A stretch of 64,000 nt of DNA from Camelus dromedarius. Lineage: Eukaryota. Shown in pieces: positions 24,277-35,824 of this stretch. The position numbers and the translations under genes are program-made. Location of the stretch: assembly GCF_036321535.1 (NCBI RefSeq), contig NC_087437.1:89716001-89780000 (forward strand), given 5' to 3'. The notes beneath the pieces are model-generated. The model was not told the origin of the DNA, did no database searches, and saw nothing but the letters and a program-made list of their open reading frames with translations. Numbering within the stretch: position 1 is the first letter of the stretch; every line of letters begins with the position of its first letter.

Positions 24277-25850
24277 TTATGTCATTTTGGAAACTTTGAA
24301 CATGGGGTTAGGCCAGGGACTGGCAGCTTTAGGCATAAGAGAATAAAGGTCAGAGAATTAGCCCAGCAAAGGGAAGTGGGTTTCAGTAACAGTGCATGGA
24401 CCCCAAAAAGGAGTATGTATTTCTACATGCACAGATTCTGGTTTCTGTCCATCCACACCCATTTTGCACTTCTCAGCTAAATGTAAATAGTTACAGTACA
24501 CCTGCCAACTTGCCCACTTCTGGGTCCCTGTTCTCATGACATCCTCTGTCTGCTATGCCCTCGTACAAACCTCCCAATTCCAAATTGTTTTATTTTGAAA
24601 AACTATTTCTCTCATATTCCTCTGCATGAAAATCATGCTTCCCAACATCATTCAAATGCTCCATTTCTCTGAATTGTTTAAATGTAGTTCTCATTTGGGA
24701 TTTATTGACCTCTAAGACATATTATAATTATCTGCAGTAATACTGTCTCTATTATACTTCAAGTTCCTTAAGAGTGAGATTTTGTGTGTACCTGATTCTT
24801 CTATGCACACCTCACAGCTTAATAAAAATCATGAAAAAAAAAGACATGGCTATAACAACTAGAAAATATTATACTCCTGTTATAATAAACAAACATTGCT
24901 TTCAACAGAAATAAACTTTCTTTTCAACATTCAACTGCAAAATTTTCAAAAATGTTTCTTCCTGGAAGTGTCAGTATAGTTCACTAAAAAGTTGTTTGTA
25001 TTACTTTTATATTTTACCAACAAATACGTATCCTATCAGGAAAAACTGATTCAGATATATCAGACATACTAGGGTTTCCAGGTAAGATGGTGCAGAGGTT
25101 CATATTTTGACTCAACACATTTATTGAAACGTAAGAATAGTTTAAAAAAAGAATTACATATGTATACATGCATGTATATATACCTACATATATACATATA
25201 CATTTATATACACACATACAAACTGGCCTACCAAATAAAATAAGCAGAGAGGAACCATATAACAAAGTGGAGAGTGGTAGCAAGGTCTGAAGTTTGCTCC
25301 TATGGAGTGAAAGCGATTTAAGTGCTCTCAGACAAACAGGACCAGGAATAGAAAATTCTTGAAGCCAAGGCCTGGAGCTCCCCAACCCCAAAGGCAGCTA
25401 AAAATAAAACTCATCACCATCTGGGCTGTGGCTTCAAACAACCTGCAGGTCTCAGGCTGTGAGCACACAGAGAAAGTCTTTTCATCAAGAACTGAGTGAG
25501 CGGTCTGATTAGATCACCACACCCTGAAATGCCTAAATTAAAAAAAAAAGTGGCTCTGGGCTGGGGGCCTAGGGAAATCAGTGATGTGGTAAGACGACGT
25601 ACAACCTCAAGACTAGAGAGAGTGAGCACAGGAAAGAGGGGGGAAGAGGGAAGGAAAACAGGGAGGGAGGCAGGGAAAAAAGTTTCCCCACTTTCAAAGA
25701 GTATTCAAGACAAAACTGCACAAATACTGCATCTTAGTTGAGCAAAGAATATAAAATGAGTATGGCTGAGATGCCTCCAGTAGTCAATGACAGAATAATT
25801 TTCATGAAAATAAAGTAAAAATTTGCAAAACAAAAACAGGCAGAAATGAA

Positions 25851-25881
<31 letters not shown>

Positions 25882-26129
25882 CATAGGTTAACATGAAAAG
25901 AAGTTAATTTAAAATATTGTTAGAAAGTACAGTCACTGAAACTTAAAAATGGAATGATCAGATTTGTAGCTATTTTTGAGGAATTCAGTGGCAAACAGCT
26001 CAGAAAGACAAAGTATATATACATCAGTAACAGCAGTGGAGCAACCAGAGGCTACACTGACAGCCCCCAACATATATCTCATAGTGTATCTATTCTATAC
26101 CAAAACTGAAGAGGTACTTTTAAAAAGGA

Positions 26130-26420
26130 AGTCACAGGATAATCTCTCATGAACATAAATGCAAAGAAAACAAAACAAAAAAATTTAGCAAACTGAGTCC
26201 ACTGAGATATATATATATAAAAGATATTATTACATCCTTGCCAATTTGGGTTTATTTCAATAATGCAAGGTGTTCATACATATAAAAAATCAAACACTGT
26301 ATTTTGCCATACCAATAAGTATAAAGAAGGGAAAAACCCTCAAAATACATAAGAGTGTTTTCTGAAATTAGTAACATTCATGATAAAAACTTATAAATCT
26401 TGAGATAGAAGGAAACTGGT
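26130..26420 (+). mobile_element. Old L1 ORF2 (RT-region) relic
   Basis: atctctcatgaacataaatgcaaa, ttagcaaactgagtcca and gggtttatttcaataatgcaagg match the conserved L1 ORF2 stretch. Confidence 0.75.
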
Positions 26421-26439
26421 TATTTTAATTTTATGCAAT

Positions 26440-27935
26440 CATTCCAATCACGCTCATTGTTCCTTGACTTCCTCTCCTCTGAAAATCTCCCCCTCCACCC
26501 TCCCTCAGCCACTCTCCGTGGATGTGCTCTTCACTTCATCATAACCGACACATGCAGCCCTTCCATATTTTCCACACATCCTACTTTCTGACAGCTGACT
26601 CATCTCTCCAGTGCATCCCTCTGGGACACCTTTAATTCAACCAGAACCTTAAATCCTTTGATCCTACCACACTTTCAATGTCACCCACTCTCTTTCCTCC
26701 CCCTCTTCCTACCTTATCCACTGTCAGTTTCTAAATGTATTCACTCAGCAAATCTGTATTGTCAAGTGCTGTTTGGGGTTCTTGGGGGCACCTTCGCAAC
26801 CAAGATCACTCCTTCGTATTTACTCACAACCTCCTCACATCTTCTTTACTTCAATCTCTTCACTTGGGAAGATCGCACTTGAGTTTAACAGAATTCAGTC
26901 TATTCCCCTGTTCCTGCCTATAATCTGCATATAGAATGATTTCATCTTGTCTCAGAGCTTCAATGTCATCCATAGCTGACAATTCCCAAATTTGTATCTC
27001 CCATCTGGACTTTCCCCCTGAATTTACAACCTATGTACTCAACTAACTTGACACCTCTACTGAATATCTCAAAAGCTGCTCAGAATTAACATGTCCTAAG
27101 CAGAGTTCCTGAAAGCATTTCCACTTCAAACCAGCTCTTTTAGTCTTCCACATCTCAGTTAACAACTCCAGTCATATGGTCATTTTGGAAAAAAAAATTT
27201 TTTTTTGAGTTGTTCTATGCCTCGATTTTTCACGTACAAGGCATCAAATCTATTAGTAAATGCTGGCAGCTTTATACTCAATATATGCCTCAAATTCACC
27301 ACCTCTCATCTCTACTACGTTCACTATGGACCACGCCATCCTGATATCTTACCTGGATTACTAAACATTACCCTTCCCTGTTCAGTCTATTCTGAACATA
27401 GCATCCCAGTGACCCTATTATAACATAAATCAGAGTAAGTTACTCTTTTGTTCAAAGCTCTTTAGTGGGTGCCCTTTCACTCAGAGGAAAACTAGAAGTC
27501 CTTAACCTCATCTTCAAAGCCCTTGAGATCCAGTCCACTCTCCACTCGTTTGCTACTTCATCTTTGTTCATTTAGTAGGCACTCTGCCTTCTCCTTCACA
27601 CAAAAGCTCTTTACTTGGAAATGGTTAACTCCCTCATGCCCTCCAGGTCTTTACTCAAATTTCACCTCGAGCAAAGGCTTCTCCTGCCACCATTTTCAAA
27701 ATTTTAACTCCATCCCTACTATTTCACATTCACTCTCCCTGTTCTTTTTCTTTTTCCTTAGGGTTATTATGAGATAATTGCTCATCTCCTTTATTTTCTG
27801 TCTCCATTCAGCAGGATTCAAGCTCTAAAAGGGCAGAATATCTGTTGTGTTCACAAATGATTTCCAAGTACCTAGAATAGCACCTAATGCAGAGGAGGTG
27901 CCCATAAATAATTATAGATAAAGAAATTAATAATA
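26440..27935 (+). mobile_element. L2 LINE, long degenerate fragment ending in its 3' tail
   Basis: C/T-rich L2 motifs (gctgacaattcccaaatttgtatctcccatctggactttcccc; cagtctattctgaacatagcatcccagtgacc). Tail gtacctagaatagcacctaatgcagaggaggtgcccataaata. Confidence 0.75.
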
Positions 27936-27949
27936 AATTGCCAATAGGT

Positions 27950-29130
27950 AGATACTTCTTTCAGAAGAAAATGTAGGAAATATTTTTGTAACTTCAAATA
28001 GCAACAGTTTTCTTAAAAGACAATAGAACAAAACATAGAGAGACCATTGCTAAATTTGACAACATTAAAATGTACAACCTCAGTTCAACCAAAGACACAT
28101 TAAAAATGATAAATGACAGCTGTGTGCCAATTTTATCTCAGTAAAACAAAAGAAAAACCATGGTTAAGGACAAGTTGCCCATTGGATAAGATATTATCAA
28201 AACATGTAAGTGACAAAGAATTAGGATCCAGGATACATAAAAACAAATGTATCAGAAAAAGACAAATGCTCTTTAAAGAAAATTAGGCAAAGTATATAAA
28301 CAGACTAGAGTAAAAAATGAAATAACCAAGATTTGTAGAAAAATATTGCCAAACCCACTTGCAGTCAGAAAAATGTAAATTAACTGTTTTACACTTCTGG
28401 AATTGTTAATAATTTAAATGTTTGATAGTATAAGCAAGCAATGGCAAAAGTATGAATAATAGGATCATTATGCTTTGCTGATAAGGCTATAAATTGATAC
28501 GAATACTTTAGAGAACTAGTGAATATCTAGAAAAGTTGAAGACATTCTCATTTTTTAACTAAATGTTTCCCATTTTCCAAAGACAAGTAAATATGCTACA
28601 GAAATTCTTCTCACATATATAAGAACATTCCTCGTAATACTACTTACAAATGTAAAATTTCTATGGACAAATTATTGATACACATGGTATTTTTCTCTAT
28701 AGGAATAGGAGATAGCAGTGAAAATTAATAAATGTAAATACTGAATTAATGTGGATAAATCTCAAAATCACCACTGAGAAAGCAAAACTTCAGGAAGATA
28801 CATACAATGTGATTTTATTTATAATGTTTGAAAGATGCAAAATGATATAGCTTGTTGATACACACATATGCAGCAACAACATAAAACTCACCGGAAATGA
28901 TAAGCATAAAATTAAGGACTTTAACTATTTTGTGGGAGAAAATGACTATAACATGATTAGGAATGAGGAAACAGGGACTTCATTTTGTGTAGTTTTATTT
29001 TCTCATATAAAATCTGAAACAAATATTGCACAATAAAGCAATTTTTATGATGCTGGGTAGGGCAAACACTGATGTTTGTTATATGATTCATCATGCTTTT
29101 TTGTATTTTTAAAATACAATAAAATAAAAA
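27950..29130 (+). mobile_element. Old L1 (L1ME-like) ORF2 3' end and 3' UTR
   Basis: agaagaaaatgtaggaaatatttttgtaac, tgacaaagaattaggatccaggatacataaa and tgtggataaatctcaaaa; A-rich end. Confidence 0.7.
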
Positions 29131-30651
29131 GTATTTGAGAAATTATGTTCATCATCAAAAATAACTTATTGATCTCTCGCTTCTCTAAAATGCATTTCTT
29201 TCATTTAACATGGAATGTATTCTTTTGACAAAGACCAATTTTCAACATAAAATAATTAAATAAAAATTTCACCTCAGTTAAAAATATATAAGAAAGGAAA
29301 AGAAAAAAGGAGAAAACTGGCTCTCATACATTGAAAAATCAAATCAAGGTCAAGTGTGTTAACTGTATATTTCACATTTCATCTTACAATCAAATTAATC
29401 TATAAAAAATAGTTTGATATCTGGTGACTCCTATCTACTTTCTATAAAATTAAATTCTGGTATCACTCATATGAGACAATTAACAGAGTAACTAAAAATA
29501 ATAACTGCATAATGCAAAAAAGTAAGTTATGATTAATCTAGATGAAATAAAATTAGTATAAATTCATATTATTTTCATTTTGTAAACGAATATTGTCACC
29601 ACTGCCCACAATGTACACTATGTTGGCACAAGCTTGGAAATATTCTAGAAATATAATTCAATGAGTTGTGACTCAAAAGCTTTCTCTAAGTTTTCAACTT
29701 TAGTATTCTGTGGAAAGTATACAGTATACAGGATGCCAACAGTTTAGAATTATCTAATCAGGTAGACATTATATACTGTTTTTATTATTCAATTATAAAA
29801 TTGTAGTTCCTTGATAAGCACTTAGAAATAAATAGCAGTGAAGAAATTAAAAGGAAAATAAGATGTATCCTAATTGTGAGGATCAAAATGGTTTGTATCT
29901 TACTGCTAAACAAAACAGTAAAAGCAAAGTCACTGAAATAAGGTAAGGCATCATTAGCTAAAGAAAGTTTTGAGACTAAAACACACAGGATCATGATCAG
30001 AGTTGTTTCTTTCACCAAAGTGAAAATAGCTTTGAAAAACAATGAAAAACTTATAAAATTGTTTGCTCATGCTATTTATTAATAAAAATTATTGCTCTTG
30101 TGGAGCACAGAATAGATTGAGCAGACACATGGACAAAGTGTCAAAGTGGGGTGAGGGATGAAATTGAATGTATATGTTTTTAATAATATAATAGGACATG
30201 TTATATTAAATTTTCTTTCAAGTTATATTTGACTTACATATATTAACAGCTTTGACTTATTCTCACTTATTAGAAGAAATATAAATCATAACAAATGCTA
30301 AATGGCCTATCCATCCCAATGTACTTTAAGACAGATGAGGGACGGGACAGTATTTCTTATTCATCATTATATTTCAGCACCTGACAAATAATTTTTATTA
30401 AGTCGAATTTCTGTTGTTATTACCACCATTGACAAATATCTAATGACTAAAACCTAGGCTAATAAGTTTAAGAATGTATAACCATTTCTTCAAGAATTTC
30501 TATCTGCAGCCTGTACCTAGCTCCTGAACCCCAGAAGATACATACAACCACAGCTCTACTGGGATGCTTAGGAGTCATCTACAATTTAACACATTGAAGC
30601 AGAATTCTTAGAGTGCCTCCCCAGACTTCTCCTCCAGAAACTCCTCCATCT

Positions 30652-31207
30652 CATGGATAGTACACTCTCGAGGGGAGAGCAGGCAGGCTCAGGTGAGCAG
30701 CTGCCCTGAGTTTCCTAGGCAAGTTGGTTACACAGGGTGTAAAAATGAATGGGTGGTATATTCACTGGGGAGGGAAGGGTTTAGGGTAGTACTCCCTGAT
30801 TTTCATCCCAACTCCACCTTCCTGAAGGGAGAAGGGATTTTTGATTGTTTGGTTTGGATTGGAAAGGTCAGGGTGTCAGTACATGATGGGGTACTTCTAA
30901 TCTGCAAGGCTAATGTTATTGAAATGAAGGCATAATAAGCAAAAGGTTACATTCGGACACTGGAAATTCCTGCCTTTTCCCACCTTTCTTTGTCGGCCTC
31001 CAGGACACTTGTCACCCCCAAATGTGTGATTTCTCATCAGTCCTGAGGTTCCTGCTTTTCTCTGTCTGCCCAGGGACCTCTGTTGTTTACATGATGTATG
31101 GTTTCCTGCATTTGGCCCTGTGTCCCTCTCCTTTTTGGCTCAGTTCCTGCCATTTGGCCTGTGTCCTTCTTTCTCTGCTTGTATCTAGCTATCTGCCTGC
31201 TCTAACA
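30652..31207 (-). mobile_element. ERV1-type LTR, 3'-truncated; inverted paralogue of 35173-35824
   Basis: The reverse complement begins TGTTAGAGCAGGCAGATAGCTAGATAC. It aligns to the 35173 copy up to gagagtgtactatccatg and lacks the last ~105 nt including the AATAAA. Confidence 0.9.
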
Positions 31208-31277
31208 AAGCTGCACACACTTCTCACCTGCATTGCTGAGACTCCTAACTGATATTTGTGGTTACCTGATTACTCAG

Positions 31278-31755
31278 TGTGATAGTTATGTGTCAACTTG
31301 ACTAGGCCAAGGATGCCTGGATATCTGGTTAAACTTTATTTCTGGGCATGCCTGTGAGGGTGTTTCTGGATGAGATTAACATCTGAATTGGTAAAATTTC
31401 ATCTCTGCCTGTCTATTTGAGCTGGACATTGATTTTTCCTCCCGCCAGTGCTTCTGGTTTTCAGGCCTTCCGATTCTGATTGGAATCTACACTATTGGCT
31501 TTCTGGCTCTTTGGCCAGCTTTCTTGGGTCTCCAGCTTGCAAACAGCAGATGGATCATGGGACATCTTATAGTTGTGTGAGCCTATCTATTAACATAAAT
31601 CTCATTTTACACAGATCTCTGTCTCCCTCTCATTCTCTCTGTCTACATCTGGATATCTATATTCAGGTGTGTGTGTGTGTGTCAGTCAGTCTGTGTGTGT
31701 ATGTATGTATGTATGTATGCATGTATGTATGTATGTATGTATGTATGTATGTATG

Positions 31756-31800
<45 letters not shown>

Positions 31801-31840
31801 CTGTCTTATTGGTTCTGCTTTTCTAGAGAATCCTAATAAA
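31278..31840 (+). mobile_element. MLT2 (ERVL) LTR
   Basis: Start tgtgatagttatgtgtcaacttgactaggcc, internal tgtgagggtgtttctggatgagattaacat, end tattggttctgcttttctagagaatcctaa. Carries the microsatellite expansion common at this MLT2 position. Confidence 0.88.
31667..31800. repeat. Compound microsatellite: GT runs, then (TATG)14 with one variant unit, then (TATC)11
   Basis: Read directly: TATG units 31700-31755, TATC units 31756-31799. Confidence 0.95.
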
Positions 31841-32366
31841 CCCTCTATAGTCTGTTCTCAACACAGCAGCCAGAGTGATCCTGCCCAAGCCAGCTCACAT
31901 CATTTCTTATGCTCAGATCCCACCAATGGCCTCCTGTTCTACTCAAAGTAAAACCTCAAATTCTTACAGTGTACAGTGGTCTATTTGACCCTATACAATC
32001 TGCCTCCCTTCTACCATTACTTCTGTGAGCTTCCATCACACTACTCTCGTCCTTGCTCACTTTGCTCCAGCTGAACTGATCTCGCTGCTGTCCCAAGAGT
32101 ACAGCAGATACATTCCCATCTCAAAGCTATTCTGTGATGCTTTCTCCCCGATAGCACAAAACAACTTCTCTCACTTCCTTTAGGACATTCCTGACCATCT
32201 TATTCCCCCGAAGTATCTAAGTATCTATTCCTCTTTCCTGCTTTATTTTTCTCCATGAAACATGCATCATATAACACAGTGTAAGTATTATTTGTCTTAT
32301 TATCTGATATCTTCACTAATCTGTAACCTTCCTGGAAGCTAAGGTTTTTGGGGTTTTTGTTTCATA

Positions 32367-32765
32367 CTGCACCTCCCACATCCCGAAAAATGCACGGCAC
32401 AGTTAGAACTTAAGAAATATTTTTGAATGAATGAATGAATTTGATACTAAGTATATAGTGTCCAAGAGCAAAACTCTTGAAATTATATAGAGTTCAATGA
32501 AGTTTCTACACTTCATAATAAATATACAAATGTCAACAGAGTCATAATACAACATATACAGCTCAAGATATAATAGATAAAAGAGTCACTCAATTATTAA
32601 TTCAAATATCACTTAGGAACAGGGTGTTTTTAAAATTTAATACATGAGTAGGTTAAATGAAAATGGAAAAAGAATTGAATGAAAAATTCACTTATGAAAT
32701 GGACAGAATGAATATTATAAATATAACAATACTTTCCTAATTGATTTATAAGTTTGATGCAATTC
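32367..32765 (+). repeat. Copy 1 of a ~400-bp local direct duplication (partner 34331-34736)
   Basis: Shared blocks in the same order: aagaaatatttt(t)gaatgaat, caaaactctt, aagtttctaca, ctcaagata, aaaatttaa-catgagt-ggttaaatgaaaa, tgaatgaaaaattca, gaatattataaa, acaatacttt. Confidence 0.9.
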
Positions 32766-34330
32766 AAGCCAAAATCCCACTGATTCTTTTTTTTTTTTTT
32801 CTTCAAAAACTCACACAAATAAGAACAACATGAAAACTGACCTAAGAACTACAAAGAAAATGTCTGAGGTGCTCTGAGGGCATTTAATATTGGAAAGTGT
32901 TCTAGCAAGGAAAGTCAGGAAAATCACCCCTGAGAAAGTGACGACTGAACTCAGATTTGAAGAAAGAAAATTGAGTGAACAAAGAAAAAGTGTTTAGGGG
33001 TGGAGGAGGATTCTTGGTAAGAGGAATTTGCAGGAATGTTTAATGGCATAGGAAAATGTTTAGGTTACTTCAGAAAAGCACGATATAACTTGTATAAATC
33101 CCTAGTGATGTTTCCTAGTGTAAGAAGAAAAACTAACACGTCAACAGAGGTTGTACCAGAGATGGGGCTGTAGGTGAGGCTTACTCCCTTTTCATCATTT
33201 CTGTACCTCTCAAATATAATACAATGTGCATGCTCTATTTTCACACTAAAATATTGCAAAATGGAAGGTTTTTTGACTCAGTCCTTCAAATACATTCTTC
33301 TTGTCCACAGATATTCGATAAAAACTGTAACTAACATGGAGTTAAGCTCATTCTACAGTGTGTCAGAAGCATCCATTTGTTTATTAGCCTATCAAATAGC
33401 CCATTTATTTGTGTTTTTCTATATATTATAGTAGTAACAATCCACTCCATGTCAGGCTTTGGCACATGATTAATGTGTCAGCATGAAGGTGCTTTAGTGG
33501 CCTCTGGCATTCTATTGCTAAAGTGAACTCAGCAAAATCCAGCAAGATACATTTGCCAATCCTATAAAAATACAATATAAACTGTTGATTCGCTGGTTGC
33601 ATACAACACGGAGGAAGGTGCAACTGTATTCAACTCACGAACCTCAGGTAATAACAGAGCAGTTTATTATCATTACAGGTGCAGAAACCTGCCAACATTT
33701 CAGCCATCTGGGCTTCCTCAGGGCAGGACACAAGTAAAATACGTGAATGAAATATGTGAGTTGAATAGTTTTATTCATTTTTTTTTTCTGTTGTGGGCTC
33801 TAACAAAACTGCTTTACATATTTTGGAAAAGCAATTCACTAATGTTAGTTTACTTTAGAAAGCCATCAACTTTTACTAATTTAAGCCCATTAATGATTTC
33901 ACTAAATTGCTTATGTTTGAATGATAATGGATATTCAGATGGCATTTTATAACAAGAAAACTGTGCTAAATGTAATATACTTGAATAAACAAAAGCTATA
34001 ATTCCTGAGGGGTTAATGAGCAATCTATCCTTTAGCATATTTCATCAATTGCAGTATGATGACACAGAGGTTCTATTAATTAGCAGTTAAGCAAATGTTA
34101 TCACAACTTATCAGAAGATTTCACTTTTAGAAAAACACACTAGACCCCCTTCAGTACTAAAGTCAGAGATATTACGTTGCTCCAGACTGTAATTTTTCAA
34201 CTGAAACATGTTTATTTCCCATCAATGGGTCATCAGAAATTTCTCCATTGCTAACACAAAACTATATAAAATCATTAGGACTGAAAGTTAATGGTAAGAT
34301 CAATAAATAAGCTTATTATTATTTCCACTG

Positions 34331-34736
34331 CTGCATCTCCTGCATCCAACAGAATGCATGGCGCACAATAAGTAATCAAGAAATATTTTGAATGAATAAA
34401 TGAACTTTCTACTAAGCATGTAAATAGTGTCAAGGAGTATATATCAAAACTCTTAAAATTATATACAGTTCAACAAAGTTTCTACAATTCCTACTAAGTA
34501 TACTGAGGTCAATAGATTCACAATATAAAAACCCAAACCACTCAAGATACAATAGACAAAAGATTTACTTAAGTATTAATGCAAATAACAGGAACAGGAT
34601 ATGTTTTCAAAATTTAATTCATGAGTGGGTTAAATGAAAAGAGAACTGAATGAAAAATTCATTTATAGATTGGAAAGAAGGAATATTATAAAGATGACAA
34701 TACTTTTCTAAGTAATTCATAAATGTAATATAATTC
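34331..34736 (+). repeat. Copy 2 of the ~400-bp local direct duplication
   Basis: Collinear with 32367-32765, including the same L2-tail to downstream-sequence junction. Confidence 0.9.
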
Positions 34737-35172
34737 CCAAAATAAGGGAAGTAAAATCAGGCTTTTTGTTTTGTTTTATTTTGGCTGACAGTGCAAGTAT
34801 AAGTAAGCAAAGGTGTTTATTCCCCCTAATTTGCATTGCTGATGGTGGAAAAATAAAATTTAATTGAATTTAAAATATGTTAATAATAAAGAAAACACTG
34901 ATGCCAGAAGTTTCTCCAAAAAACAGTGTCAAAATGCTCATAAGCTCGAAGTTTATGTGAATATTGTTATGAGAACTGATTACAAATTATCAGCACCAGT
35001 TTGTTGTTTTTTTCCCTTTAAATAAACTAGGCACACCTACACAAGGGAACCTGGGCTCTACACAACAAAAAACAGAGTTTATCATAGGCCCTGAGAACTC
35101 TGCTGCAAGTGTTCTCTAAAACTCCCTTGCTTAGTCTTAGATTCCTTGGGCTTTTCTCCATACTGTGACTAA

Positions 35173-35824
35173 TGTTAGAGCAGGCAGACAGCTAGATACG
35201 AGCTGAGAAAGGGGGATACAGGCCAAATGGCAAGAATTGGGCAAAAAGGAGGGGCATGGGCCGAATGCAGGAAACCATACATCATGTAAACAATGGGGGT
35301 CCCTGGACAGAGAAAGAAAAGCAGGAACCAATGGACTGGTAAGTGGTCACACATTCTGGAGTGACAAGCAGCAGGGAGGCCACCCCAAAAGGTGGGAAAA
35401 GGCAAGAATCTCCAGTATCTGAATGTAACATTTTGCTCATGATGCCCTCATTTCAATAAAGTTACCGTTGCAGACTAGAAGTACCCATAATGCACCGATG
35501 CCATGACACTTCCAATCCAAACTAAATAAGGACAAAAATCCCTCCTCCCCTTGGGAAAGTGGAACTGGGATGAAAATCAGGGAATAGACCCTCAAACCCT
35601 TCCCTCCCCAATGAGTATTCCTCCCATTCATTTTTACATTCTATGTAACCAACTTACCAAACTCAGGGCAGCCGCTCACCTGAGCCTGCCTGCTCTCCCC
35701 TTGAGAGTGTACTATCTATGCCTTAATAAATCCTCACTTTACTTTCTTGACCTCTGTGCCCCATCTCTGAATTCTTTCTGCGACCAGACAAGAACCTGTA
35801 AACCAGCTATATCTACCAGCAACA
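35173..35824 (+). mobile_element. Full-length ERV1-type solo LTR (652 bp, TG...CA)
   Basis: Begins tgttagagcaggcagacagctag, ends accagcaaca, with AATAAA at about 35725 and short tandem units in U3. No matching TSD seen (ctaa versus ttgc). Confidence 0.88.

Larger units (their letters stand above)
30490..32440 (+). mobile_element. L2 LINE 3' part, interrupted by an ERV1-type LTR (30652-31207) and an MLT2 LTR (31278-31840)
   Basis: Collinear L2 motifs on both sides of the inserts (ctcctgaaccccag; ctcctaactg; ctatagtctgttctcaacacagcagccagagtgatc). Terminal aaatatttttgaatgaatgaatgaa. Confidence 0.8.

Noticed and set aside
31448..31951. Longest ORF in the track (167 aa)
   Set aside because: It runs through the MLT2 LTR and the microsatellite; the VCMY/IYLS repeats are STR translation artefacts.
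30693..35631. Similar short ORFs on opposite strands (e.g. 31022..31252 and 35175..35405) suggesting a gene family
   Set aside because: They are translations of the two LTR copies, not genes.
30652..35824. A provirus, or an inversion mediated by the two LTRs
   Set aside because: The LTRs are inverted rather than direct and no gag/pol/env relic is visible between them. The host L2 stays collinear on both sides of the left LTR, and the flanks show no swapped TSDs.
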